Below are positions 16,934 to 25,821 of a stretch of 64,000 bases of DNA, piece after piece (within the stretch, counting starts at the first letter, position 1; each line of letters begins with the position of its first letter). The stretch is from a virus, in the IMG/VR virus record IMGVR_UViG_3300033183_000299, positions 43,508 through 107,507 of that record, one strand, 5' to 3'. The notes below the pieces were generated by a model. The model was not told where the DNA came from and ran no database searches. It saw only the letters and a list, made by a program, of their open reading frames with translations. Position numbers and translations under genes: made by a program.

Positions 16934-17977
16934 CTAGAAGATCTCGCAAGATCCTCCTCCACAAGCTATCTCCCCTGACAAATCAGTTTCGTCTGTTGTC
17001 TCTACAACTAGATCCAAGTTCACACTTTTCAGTAATGGAAGCATTTCTTCATACTCTTGCTTGGAGCAGTCCTCGTAAGGAGCCTGCACGTAACTGTGGT
17101 TGGAATAAGGAAGAACCGACAATCCATTGTAAACACCTCGATTACTCCACATCCACTCTCCAACGGTTTCCCATTCATCATCCTTGATGGATACTGTTGC
17201 TGAAACGTTATGGGTATTGCTTCCCTTCTTGTGACCTGGCTTGATCCATTCGGTAGAAACTTTCTTTACTCTCTCGAGCAAATCAAGGGCGCTCTCATGG
17301 CGCGTAATAGCCCCTTCAGGAGCTTTTTGAGGCACAGATAGGATAGCAGTGTCGTGTGGTCGGAAACGGTCGTCCTCGATGAGCTCAGGCAGGTTATTGA
17401 CCAAGTATGAGTAGATTGCCTCATTCTTTCCAACACGCAAGCGGCGAATGTAATAATCATTGTGCCATGCGTGGATACCACTTGACGTTCCAAGAGTGAG
17501 AGAAGTTGTCCCTGCGGGCTTAACGCATGTCTGGCGGGCAGCTTTGTTAATGCCGATTTGCATAGCAACTTGACGGTTCATCTTAGATACCTCCAAAGAA
17601 GCCTCAGTCATGTTGAGACCCAACACACCACCAGAAGCAATACCAGTCATTGATACTCCGATCAAAGCATCTTTCTCGGTTGTACGTTGCCAAACTGGTC
17701 GCAGGTAATGAAAGTCTGTGTATGAGGCTTGGAGAGTTCCAATGAAAGAAGCAGCACGAGAACGAGCATTAAGTTCGTCTTGAGTATTCACATCTGATAC
17801 ATTGATCTCGACCAAGTTACAGAATTGGAAAGGTCGGAGACCGATCTCGCAATTATGAACCAACAGTCCGTTGGCAAAAAAGTTGTGATTCTTTCTAACT
17901 TGAATATCGTAAACATCTCTGTTTTTTTCTACTGTAATTTTTTTAATTTTTGTTCTGTTATAAGTTCTTGTTTCCAT
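16934..17977 (-). CDS. nrdJ: class II (B12) ribonucleotide reductase, C-terminal part with IntC
   Basis: CEIGLRPFQFCNLVE, CVKPAGTTS, C-terminal ACGGGSCEIF; AGGAG SD. Confidence 0.92.
   Translation of the reverse strand: METRTYNRTKIKKITVEKNRDVYDIQVRKNHNFFANGLLVHNCEIGLRPFQFCNLVEINVSDVNTQDELNARSRAASFIGTLQASYTDFHYLRPVWQRTTEKDALIGVSMTGIASGGVLGLNMTEASLEVSKMNRQVAMQIGINKAARQTCVKPAGTTSLTLGTSSGIHAWHNDYYIRRLRVGKNEAIYSYLVNNLPELIEDDRFRPHDTAILSVPQKAPEGAITRHESALDLLERVKKVSTEWIKPGHKKGSNTHNVSATVSIKDDEWETVGEWMWSNRGVYNGLSVLPYSNHSYVQAPYEDCSKQEYEEMLPLLKSVNLDLVVETTDETDLSGEIACGGGSCEIF
17852..17977 (-). other. split intein C-fragment (42 aa)
   Basis: VYDIQVRKNHNFFANGLLVHN followed by Cys+1. Confidence 0.92.
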
Positions 17978-18756
17978 TTTTTTAGCTCCTGTGTATAAGA
18001 ATTTTGTAAATAAGGTTTGATGTCTTTTATGAGTACGACATCTATTTGTAATTTTTCGGAGAGTTCTTTCGTTTTAATCTCTCCTCTGGCCCAATATCCT
18101 TTAATTTCTACTATTTTTACAAGACTGCCTTCTTCATAGATAAAAAAATCTGGTCTGTAAGTTGTCTTCTCCAATTGAAATGTTGTTTGCTCCACGTCCC
18201 ACTCAATCAAATGCTTATCTAGCCATTTAGCATAAACAAACTCATAAGTGCTTCGAAGCCAAACATATTTTTTCTTGCTTTTATTATAATAATATCCCTG
18301 AACGCCTCTGGATGTCTTGTTCGTTCTTCTTTCAAGAGTCTTAAACCAGCCTGATCTCTCTTTGTATGCTTTTTTAAGATTGTTGCTTCTGATTTCTCTT
18401 GTTTTTTGGTAAACCACGTTTTGACCCTTGTTTATTTCTATTTTTAAGATTCCAAATAAAGTTCGAAGCCTTGTTGGTGTCAGGCCTATTTTCTTTGCAA
18501 TAGTTTTTAGACCATAACCTTCCTCATAAGAACTGGTGAGATAATTTTTGAGAAAAAGAAAGTGGTCTGGATAAATCCTTTCGGCATTATTCCGAATAAA
18601 AGATCTTTTATTTGATGATCTCGCAGAATTTCCCATTTGAGACACTCTTGCTGATGCATATTTTCTATATTCTTCCAAGAACTCTTCCGGAATTACCACT
18701 TCCTTTCCCTTGTCTGTGTTATAATAAATAACTTCTAAACATTCTTTTAAATTCAT
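17929..18756 (-). CDS. PD-(D/E)XK homing endonuclease with N-terminal HTH
   Basis: LRSTYE...YRPDFFIY...VEIKGYW; GLKTIAKKIGLTPTRLR HTH; lies between the two split-intein halves. Confidence 0.8.
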   Translation of the reverse strand: MNLKECLEVIYYNTDKGKEVVIPEEFLEEYRKYASARVSQMGNSARSSNKRSFIRNNAERIYPDHFLFLKNYLTSSYEEGYGLKTIAKKIGLTPTRLRTLFGILKIEINKGQNVVYQKTREIRSNNLKKAYKERSGWFKTLERRTNKTSRGVQGYYYNKSKKKYVWLRSTYEFVYAKWLDKHLIEWDVEQTTFQLEKTTYRPDFFIYEEGSLVKIVEIKGYWARGEIKTKELSEKLQIDVVLIKDIKPYLQNSYTQELKKWKQELITEQKLKKLQ

Positions 18757-18806
18757 TTCGGGCTACACTCCTTACATTATTTTATTGTAAATAGTGGCCC
18801 GAAATG
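18754..18806 (-). promoter_or_regulatory. start-codon-sequestering hairpin with ACTATTTA motif
   Basis: CATTTCGGGC / GCCCGAAATG perfect 10-bp stem including the ATG; motif at 18788-18795. Confidence 0.75.
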
Positions 18807-18815
18807 GCAAAATAA

Positions 18816-19121
18816 TTATTCAACGAATAAAAGAATGTCCTCTTCGGTTAAATGTGCCGCTTCAACATAGCCTCTGTTTTCAGTGAATACTCTGTGGTCT
18901 GGGGTTAGGATTAATTCCTGTCCGTCCTCGGTTTCAATCTTGATGACATCGGCATCTTGTCTCGTAAGAAGACCCTCTTCAACCAACTCAAACTCCATTG
19001 ACCCCGTGTTCTCATCAAATGATAAGACCTTTATTTCTTGACCTTCATTGACTTTTGAGACGATCTGTTCGATTGTCATTGTACCAGAATTCGTCTCTAT
19101 CTCAGTTGAGCCATCCAAACA
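18816..19121 (-). other. split intein N-fragment (101 aa)
   Basis: CLDGST block A; LILTPDHRVF block B. Confidence 0.92.
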
Positions 19122-20117
19122 ACATGGGTTGCAACCCCAATCTTTGTCGTTCGAGAAGTAGAAACCGGGCTCTCCAGAGCGAGACTCTTCAACACGCTTC
19201 CATAGATTCATGAATGTTGGCTTGTCGATCTTGTGACGCATTACAACTACAGAATTATTCGCTCTTCCTCGTTGTGGGTTGAGTTCCCACCAAGCTCCGG
19301 CCTTTGCGCTAAGCATGTCTTCGTCATCAGCACTGAATAGACTAATGAGAGCGGCGCGACGAATACCGCCCGCCAAAACCGCATCCGCAATGTGGCAGAT
19401 GATATCATGAACCTCAATGGGTGAAAGCTTGTCTCCGTTTTCTTTCGCATCTAAAATTCCCTCCACTTTTACCAGACACTCCTTTAATGGCTGAGGGCCT
19501 GGTGCTTTACCACCTGATGTTACAAGTCTCGCACCTTTGGGGCGAATGTCCGAGAAGTCAAAACGCAACTTTGACGTTCCCTTAAAGTGAGACATCATAA
19601 GGGCTTTTACAGCATCGGCCCATCCTTCGATTGAGTCACCAATTAAGAAACGACGAGTTCTCTTTGATGAAGGCTTGCGAATCTCTGGGAGGTTATCTAC
19701 ATGATGCTTTTGCACTGAATAGCCCACACCTGTGCCTCCAAGAAGTAAGAACATGATCTCTCCGAACACTCGAGGATCATCAGCGGGTGCATAAGCGCAG
19801 TTAAAGATGCGGTTCGGCGAAACCTCAATTGGCTTACCTCCAAACTGCATCGATCTCATTGAAGGAAGAACCTTCTTGTCGAACACGAATTTGTAGTTCT
19901 CACGGATCTCTTGCTCGAGACTTGGAAACTTCTTGATGTGCATTTCCATATTACGAGTTACTAACTCGTTCCAGTTTTCTCGACGATTCTTATCTTCAAG
20001 ATATCGTGCATATTTCATGTGGACGGTGATGTCCGACAGAATCTTTTTCTCTAAATCCATACCTTTCTCCTGTAGTTTTTTGTAGTATTCTTTTTCCTTT
20101 TCTGTGTAGGTGTCCAT
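18816..20117 (-). CDS. nrdJ: class II ribonucleotide reductase, N-terminal part with IntN
   Basis: LPSMRSMQFGG, FNCAY, RRAALISL, GEPGF, WGCNPC; a start at 20060 is also plausible (AGGAG SD). Confidence 0.92.
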   Translation of the reverse strand: MDTYTEKEKEYYKKLQEKGMDLEKKILSDITVHMKYARYLEDKNRRENWNELVTRNMEMHIKKFPSLEQEIRENYKFVFDKKVLPSMRSMQFGGKPIEVSPNRIFNCAYAPADDPRVFGEIMFLLLGGTGVGYSVQKHHVDNLPEIRKPSSKRTRRFLIGDSIEGWADAVKALMMSHFKGTSKLRFDFSDIRPKGARLVTSGGKAPGPQPLKECLVKVEGILDAKENGDKLSPIEVHDIICHIADAVLAGGIRRAALISLFSADDEDMLSAKAGAWWELNPQRGRANNSVVVMRHKIDKPTFMNLWKRVEESRSGEPGFYFSNDKDWGCNPCCLDGSTEIETNSGTMTIEQIVSKVNEGQEIKVLSFDENTGSMEFELVEEGLLTRQDADVIKIETEDGQELILTPDHRVFTENRGYVEAAHLTEEDILLFVE

Positions 20118-20119
20118 TG

Positions 20120-21472
20120 TTATTTCCCCATCTTAGCATATTTGTCTTTTAGCATTTGCAGAGCATCCGCTGTTGTTTGCATTTTCTCGGCACTTTCATC
20201 ACGGTCGAGAATGTTGATTGTTACATCAGACCAGTCAACGAAAGCGTCGAAAACTAAGCCATCAGGTCCATTACGATTCTTTGCGACGAATAAGCGACCT
20301 TTGTTGGCCTGCTTATCTTGGACTGTCCGAGACAAAGAAAAGATGAAGTCTGCTACGAAGCATTTGTTGAACGCTTCCGAGATCGCTTCCATTGTGATGA
20401 CTTCCGCGTTGAGACCTCCACGATTGGTTTGCGAAGCGGTCCAAATGGGAAACTCATAGGTTTGAGCAAGTCCTCGAAGGCCTTCGTAAGTTTCTTCCAA
20501 TTCGTGTCGTTTTTCACCTGAACTCCTAACGGGACGTAATAAGTCCGCATAATCTACTAATACCATGTCTGGCTCAATGCCTCGCTTACGCAACTTCTCA
20601 ATATGATTCTTGAGAGTTTGGACTGAAGCAGACTTGGTTGGGTACTCTTTAATTATGAGTGTTCCATCAATATCTTTAATCTTTTGAACGATTTCTTTTT
20701 GTCTCATTCTGTGCTCTTGCAAAGGCACGTCTGAGATACAGCAATCAAATCTTTGACCCACGACGGTGTCCTTAAGTTCGAGTGTATAGTAGACCACAGT
20801 TTTCCCTTCGAGTAATGCACGAGACGCGAGGTGAACCAGAACCATAGACTTACCAGCACCGGTGGGAGCAATAACAACTCCAAGCTCAGATTTTCCAAGA
20901 CCGCCTTTGCAAATCTCATCCATTCGTGCCCATCCAGTTGAGACTGGATCTCGTGACACCAATTCAAAACGCTTAAGCAAATCTTTGCGAAAGTCATGGC
21001 CAAAGTTATTGTCGGTTCCAAGAACTAAGGCCTCCTTGATCACTTTCTCGATCTCTTCAAATGATGATGATTTCAGTAATTTTGCTGACTTAAGCATCGC
21101 TCCTTTGAGAACTTGCTTTCGGCAAAAGTCGAGAGCCTTATCTTTAATGTATTCAGCTTCCTCAACTCCGTCTGAAGTGTGGATTCTCGCATAGTATTCG
21201 CGAACAGCTTGAGCGGTTGCTTTATCGTGATGATTGAGTTCTGTCCTTAATAGGGACATCATGACTTCTGAGTTAGGATGGGTATTGTATTTGTCTCGAT
21301 AATTCACGAGAGTTTGAGCGAAGATTTGTATATACTTCTTCTCAAAAAAGTTAATATCCAATACCTCCATGATCTGATCGAAAAAGGGTCGATCTTCAAG
21401 CATAAGTTGTGCTAGTTTCTCTTGGAAGTTCTTTCCAAAGCGTGTAAAAGTTTCATTTTGTGTTAAATCCAT
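20120..21472 (-). CDS. dnaB: replicative DNA helicase (DnaB/T4 gp41-like)
   Basis: APTGAGKS Walker A, YTLEL, LVDYADLL, TASQTNR, AKNRNG. Confidence 0.92.
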   Translation of the reverse strand: MDLTQNETFTRFGKNFQEKLAQLMLEDRPFFDQIMEVLDINFFEKKYIQIFAQTLVNYRDKYNTHPNSEVMMSLLRTELNHHDKATAQAVREYYARIHTSDGVEEAEYIKDKALDFCRKQVLKGAMLKSAKLLKSSSFEEIEKVIKEALVLGTDNNFGHDFRKDLLKRFELVSRDPVSTGWARMDEICKGGLGKSELGVVIAPTGAGKSMVLVHLASRALLEGKTVVYYTLELKDTVVGQRFDCCISDVPLQEHRMRQKEIVQKIKDIDGTLIIKEYPTKSASVQTLKNHIEKLRKRGIEPDMVLVDYADLLRPVRSSGEKRHELEETYEGLRGLAQTYEFPIWTASQTNRGGLNAEVITMEAISEAFNKCFVADFIFSLSRTVQDKQANKGRLFVAKNRNGPDGLVFDAFVDWSDVTINILDRDESAEKMQTTADALQMLKDKYAKMGK

Positions 21473-21500
21473 TTGTCCTCCGAATTTATTTGGTTATATA

Positions 21501-21529
21501 AGTATAACCTGTTTAGATCAACTTGTCAA
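21501..21529 (-). promoter_or_regulatory. sigma70-like promoter
   Basis: TTGACA-N17-TATACT. Confidence 0.75.
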
Positions 21530-21538
21530 GTAAAATAA

Positions 21539-21754
21539 TCAATTTTTCTTAACTTTGATCCAGCCACACTCTATGGCTCCGCGTTCAGCATCCTTGATCG
21601 CTTGTGATAAATCTTTGTGACTATTTACCTCATTTCGACCAAGGACATTGGTGAACCATTTGTTGTCTGTTTTAAAAAGATGGATAACGAGTGTGTCGTC
21701 AAAAAAGAATTTAAGCTCGTTATCCGATGATACAAGTTTCCATCTTTCTTCCAT
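21539..21754 (-). CDS. hypothetical protein
   Basis: MEERWKLV... start with GGAGG SD. Confidence 0.55.
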   Translation of the reverse strand: MEERWKLVSSDNELKFFFDDTLVIHLFKTDNKWFTNVLGRNEVNSHKDLSQAIKDAERGAIECGWIKVKKN

Positions 21755-21755
21755 T

Positions 21756-22706
21756 TTACCTCCGAATGTTTCTAAAGATGTGCTGCAAGGTATCAAAGTT
21801 TAGATGCCCTGCGTCGTCTGCAAATAGCATTTGAGTAAATTTTATTTTATCAAAGTAAGGCTCAAAATCGTCAACTGCCTTTGTGATTAGTTGCCTATTC
21901 ATTGGCCTGATGTTGGGATGTTGAAGCTGCATGATAGCATAATTGTCTTTGATTAGCTTTTCATTGTTCTCAATGTTTTCATGGATTTTCAACTTCTTTC
22001 CAGTCATCGCACACTCTCTAATCAGGTCAGCAACGACATATTCATCTTCTCGAATAAGAAATGGAAATCGTTTTGCGATTGTCTTTAAGCCCGCTCCTTT
22101 GATGCCGGGCAAGTTATCAGAAGAATCCCCAGCCATTGCCCTTGCTAAAGCAAAGTTGTTTGGATGAATACTGAACTCTTCAATCACAGAATCTTTCGTA
22201 ACAATTTTTTTCTGAATTGGTCGGTAAATCTGAACATCATCTCGGCATAGCTGGAAGAAGTCTTTATCGGACGATATAATGGTCTTTAACCAGCCTTTGT
22301 AGCGATCGTGATTGATCACAAGGGCTATCACATCATCTGCTTCTGTAAAGTCTGCTACGAGCTGAATAGAGGGCGTATTGTTGAGATATTCCATTAGTCT
22401 GACCTGCTGGTATCCTTTGTTCGCTTCTTCAGCCTTTGGATCAAGCTCAATCATGCGTCTGTTAAATCTCACAGGTTTGCGGCCGCCTTTATAGTCCTTG
22501 TTCATGGAACGCTTACGTTGAGAGCCCTCATGGCCATCCCAAGCCACGATAATCTCGTCAGCGTTAAAGTCCCTTGCGACCTTCTGTAAAGACTTTAGAA
22601 AGCCAATTGTGCCTCCCACAGGGTTGCCTTTACGGTCCATGTGAGGGCTTACAACATAGCTTCTGAGAAACATGTTGAGAGCATCGATTATTATTACATT
22701 TTTCAT
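21756..22706 (-). CDS. 5'-3' exonuclease / RNase H (T4 rnh, PolA N-domain-like)
   Basis: IIDALN, WDG, YKGGR, EADDVI, SSDKDFFQL, GDSSDNLPGIKGAG. Confidence 0.92.
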   Translation of the reverse strand: MKNVIIIDALNMFLRSYVVSPHMDRKGNPVGGTIGFLKSLQKVARDFNADEIIVAWDGHEGSQRKRSMNKDYKGGRKPVRFNRRMIELDPKAEEANKGYQQVRLMEYLNNTPSIQLVADFTEADDVIALVINHDRYKGWLKTIISSDKDFFQLCRDDVQIYRPIQKKIVTKDSVIEEFSIHPNNFALARAMAGDSSDNLPGIKGAGLKTIAKRFPFLIREDEYVVADLIRECAMTGKKLKIHENIENNEKLIKDNYAIMQLQHPNIRPMNRQLITKAVDDFEPYFDKIKFTQMLFADDAGHLNFDTLQHIFRNIRR

Positions 22707-23002
22707 TAGTCCTCCGTTACAAAACTGATAATAGCGTCTCGAGGCTTAGCCCCGGGAGCCTTGCGAAGCTCTTGACCGTCTTGAAAGACAACTAGGAACG
22801 GAACCGCTCGAACGCCAAAGTCCATTGCTAGTTCTCGATCATTGTCGATGTCGACTTTCGCAAACTCAACTCCTTCGAGATCAATGTCTTCGATTGTCTT
22901 TGTAAGCATCTTACATGGTCCGCACCATGATGCTGAGAACTGGACAACCTTGCGTCCTTCCGAGATAAAGTCGTTAAACTCGTTTTCTGTAATTGTTTTC
23001 AT
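22706..23002 (-). CDS. trxA: thioredoxin
   Basis: WCGPC active site. Confidence 0.92.
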   Translation of the reverse strand: MKTITENEFNDFISEGRKVVQFSASWCGPCKMLTKTIEDIDLEGVEFAKVDIDNDRELAMDFGVRAVPFLVVFQDGQELRKAPGAKPRDAIISFVTED

Positions 23003-23544
23003 AAAACCTCCGTGTATTTTTTAAATTTATAAATAAAATTTTCTTGTAAACTGTTTTCTATTGTTCTTGGTCTTGTCTGCCTAGTGTGTATTACCGATGT
23101 GATAGCATCATTGCCTAGCAAGACTAAGGTACAAGCACACATAGTGCCTGCTCTTCCTAAGCCGCCTCTGCAATGATACACAACTCTTTTGCCTTCTTCC
23201 ATTCTTTTCTTTGCGAATAATGCTACTTGGCGAGCATCTTCTAAAGAGGGCACGTTTGTATCAGGAATTGGAAACCTTACAACTTCTATGCCAAAGCTTC
23301 TTGCTTCTTCTGTCAAGTTTGCTATCTTAAGCTTGTGAAGCTCATCATCCTCCACAAGAGAAATGAGAATGTCGCACTTATGCTCTTCCTTGAGTCTCTG
23401 AAGATCTGATTTAAGATCTCTTTTCCAGGGCTTGCCAAACATTGATCTAGCATGCTTGCCTGGGGCAAACGACATTCCTAAATTTTCTGTTGCCCAATCA
23501 ACTTCGATTGGGTCTGTTATTGAATCTCTAAACTTTTTCAACAT
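22999..23544 (-). CDS. dual-specificity/tyrosine protein phosphatase (CDKN3-like)
   Basis: HCRGGLGRAG Cx5R loop; FPIPD; IENSLQ. Confidence 0.88.
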   Translation of the reverse strand: MLKKFRDSITDPIEVDWATENLGMSFAPGKHARSMFGKPWKRDLKSDLQRLKEEHKCDILISLVEDDELHKLKIANLTEEARSFGIEVVRFPIPDTNVPSLEDARQVALFAKKRMEEGKRVVYHCRGGLGRAGTMCACTLVLLGNDAITSVIHTRQTRPRTIENSLQENFIYKFKKYTEVL

Positions 23545-23562
23545 AATTCCTCCGTTTTACTT

Positions 23563-23591
23563 AATGTAACACGTTGAGGATGATTTGTCAA
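23563..23591 (-). promoter_or_regulatory. sigma70-like promoter
   Basis: TTGACA-N17-TACATT. Confidence 0.65.
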
Positions 23592-23600
23592 GTAAAAAGT

Positions 23601-23954
23601 TTATGCGTTCATTTCTCTCTCAACATCGGAAATGAACTGCTCCTTCTTGGATACAAGTGGATCAATTTGCGACTTGCGGAACCAATCCTGGTCAAAAACA
23701 TTATTGCCCATATAGTATCCACTTTTCTGACCTCTAAGTTCTACATCCCTTATCTTATCTTCCCACATCTTAACAACTTCATTGAGCAAATTAGCACCAG
23801 CTGCTAGCATGACTGCTTGATTGTATATTTCTTCCGACTCTGTAAGGTTCCCGTCTGGGAATAGCATTTCAAATATCTTCAATGCTCGTCTCGCATTTTC
23901 TTTCATCAATTCTTCTTTGATAATTCTTGTTAGTGTTTGCTTTGTTAGTCTCAT
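23601..23954 (-). CDS. hypothetical protein, MxLT leader
   Basis: MRLTKQTLTRIIKEEL with GGAGA SD. Confidence 0.65.
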   Translation of the reverse strand: MRLTKQTLTRIIKEELMKENARRALKIFEMLFPDGNLTESEEIYNQAVMLAAGANLLNEVVKMWEDKIRDVELRGQKSGYYMGNNVFDQDWFRKSQIDPLVSKKEQFISDVEREMNA

Positions 23955-23976
23955 TTTTATCTCCAATAAAAAAGTT

Positions 23977-24621
23977 TTATAATTCCCAAATTAGTTTGTC
24001 TCGGATCTGATTCAAGATAGCTGGAGGCTTTGTATAACGCTTTGAGAGCGGATTATCTCTATCATTCCATTCTCCGCCATAGTCTTCCGATCTTTCTCTT
24101 GCCCTACTTTGACCACAGTTATCAGATTCTTCGGGTGTTAAATCATTATATTCGTTGTCTAATTGGTGTGACTCTACGTCCGGACGATTCTTATTATAAA
24201 AATCCCATACACCTTGAGCATCTTGTGAAACAACATCTCTATCTGGTGTGAGGCCGCCAAAGTTCATAGTTGTCAATTCCATTGCAATGTCATAGAGAAA
24301 CGGACCCCAACCATCAGCAACATTCGTTATGGCTATTACAGCTGCTTTGTCGCATGGTCTTCCGTTTGGGTCTTGCTTCCAGAAACTCACATCTCCCCAA
24401 ATAGGCTTATCTTCACCTGTATGAATATCTACTGGTGGTAGCATATTTCCGTCCTTATCTGTAAACATGATGGTGACTAGATCTCCATGCTGGCCTCTCT
24501 CGAAAACACGAACATAAGCATAGTCAGGTAAATCATTTGGACCCTTAGCCTCTTCTTTCAAGAGCTCTTCATTCATTGTTTCGATAATAAGTTGTTTTAA
24601 TTTTTTTTCGGTTAGTTTCAT
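23977..24621 (-). CDS. GNAT-like protein, MxLT leader
   Basis: GWGPFLYDIAME...GLTPDRDVVSQDAQGVWDFY resembles GNAT motifs A/B; likely start MKLTEKKL. Confidence 0.5.
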   Translation of the reverse strand: MKLTEKKLKQLIIETMNEELLKEEAKGPNDLPDYAYVRVFERGQHGDLVTIMFTDKDGNMLPPVDIHTGEDKPIWGDVSFWKQDPNGRPCDKAAVIAITNVADGWGPFLYDIAMELTTMNFGGLTPDRDVVSQDAQGVWDFYNKNRPDVESHQLDNEYNDLTPEESDNCGQSRARERSEDYGGEWNDRDNPLSKRYTKPPAILNQIRDKLIWEL

Positions 24622-24662
24622 GGGTGGTCTCCGACAACTCATTAAATAGTGCCTCAAACAAC

Positions 24663-24692
24663 AAAAAACCCCAAGACCGAAGTCAAGGGGTT
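24663..24692 (-). terminator. intrinsic terminator after recA
   Basis: GC-rich stem with TTCG loop followed by TTTTTT. Confidence 0.75.
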
Positions 24693-24713
24693 GCAACAAA
24701 GTTCCTTCAGGAT

Positions 24714-25820
24714 TTAACCTTCTTCGGACTCACCTTCAAGGCCAAAGTTCTTACCTTCAGACTCGAATAGTTTAATGATTTCTTCATCCATGATGTCGAA
24801 TACGCATGCTCGGAACTCATCGTCTTGGAGTTTCTTCATCCAACTGGATCGTTGAAATTTAAACTCTTTGCCGTCTCGATCAAGCATTTTATTCCAAGCG
24901 CCTGATTTAAAGCGATCGGAGCCAGAGGCCTTTAAAGCTTCAAACCAACTTTCCTCGTCTTGGATGCCCACATCTTTGCCCCAGAGAATCTTAAAGCCAC
25001 ATGTGCGACCCTCAGATCCGAAACGAGACTTTTCGATTTTGACTTTTACTTCAGAGCCGATACGTAAACCACCCTCATCTAGAACGTGAGCAGCCTTGCT
25101 TTTACGTTTTGTAAGCCAAATACGAAGAGAGCAGAAATACTCAATTGCTTTTCCACCGGGAGCAACATATGGAGTCACTAAGGCTTCCCAGCCTTGAGCA
25201 CCAATGTTGGTCTTTAGTTGATTGATAAGCAAAAGAGTGCATTGTTGGTTCGCCAATGGAATGGTAAGCTTTGGGAAAGCTTTTGCGAAGATGCGGGGCT
25301 TCACAGCCATTGACGATTGAGGATTAAAGTCGCCTTCAAGATCCTTCTCTGATGAAGTTGCGGCGATTGAGTCCCAGATAAACAAAAACTGAGTTTCTGG
25401 ATATTCAGTCATTAGATCCTCAATGGTCTCCAATGTTTTCTCAACTGAGACTGCTTGGATGTACAAGAAGTCATCGTTGATATCGATACCTGAGTTAGCA
25501 AGGAAATTAGGATCGATGGCGGACTCCGCATCGAAGTAAACGACGCAGTGGCCCATCTTTTGTGCTTGTGCAGCGATTTGACAAGCCATATAGGACTTTC
25601 CAGCCGATGATAAGCCAGCAAGTTCTGTGATCTTTCCAACGGGGATCCCCGCCATTCTACCTCGGCAAATGATAGAGTCCAACCAGCGTGAGCCAGTTGG
25701 AATCCATTCTTTGACTTCGGTAGGATTGTCTTCATTTAAATCGTGAGCAATGTCAAGTCCGACTTTCTTATTGACGAACTTTTTCATTGAGCCGATATCA
25801 ATCTTACCAGCTTTAGCCAT
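24714..25820 (-). CDS. recA: RecA/UvsX recombinase
   Basis: GLSSAGKS Walker A, FDAESA, IWDSIAA, INQLK, GGKAIEY, KSRFG. Confidence 0.93.
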   Translation of the reverse strand: MAKAGKIDIGSMKKFVNKKVGLDIAHDLNEDNPTEVKEWIPTGSRWLDSIICRGRMAGIPVGKITELAGLSSAGKSYMACQIAAQAQKMGHCVVYFDAESAIDPNFLANSGIDINDDFLYIQAVSVEKTLETIEDLMTEYPETQFLFIWDSIAATSSEKDLEGDFNPQSSMAVKPRIFAKAFPKLTIPLANQQCTLLLINQLKTNIGAQGWEALVTPYVAPGGKAIEYFCSLRIWLTKRKSKAAHVLDEGGLRIGSEVKVKIEKSRFGSEGRTCGFKILWGKDVGIQDEESWFEALKASGSDRFKSGAWNKMLDRDGKEFKFQRSSWMKKLQDDEFRACVFDIMDEEIIKLFESEGKNFGLEGESEEG

Positions 25821-25821
25821 C

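Noticed and set aside
16157-17074. Intron or alternative splicing between the duplicated RNR ends
   Set aside because: The upstream copy is already complete and in frame, and no group I boundary (U|...G|) is evident.
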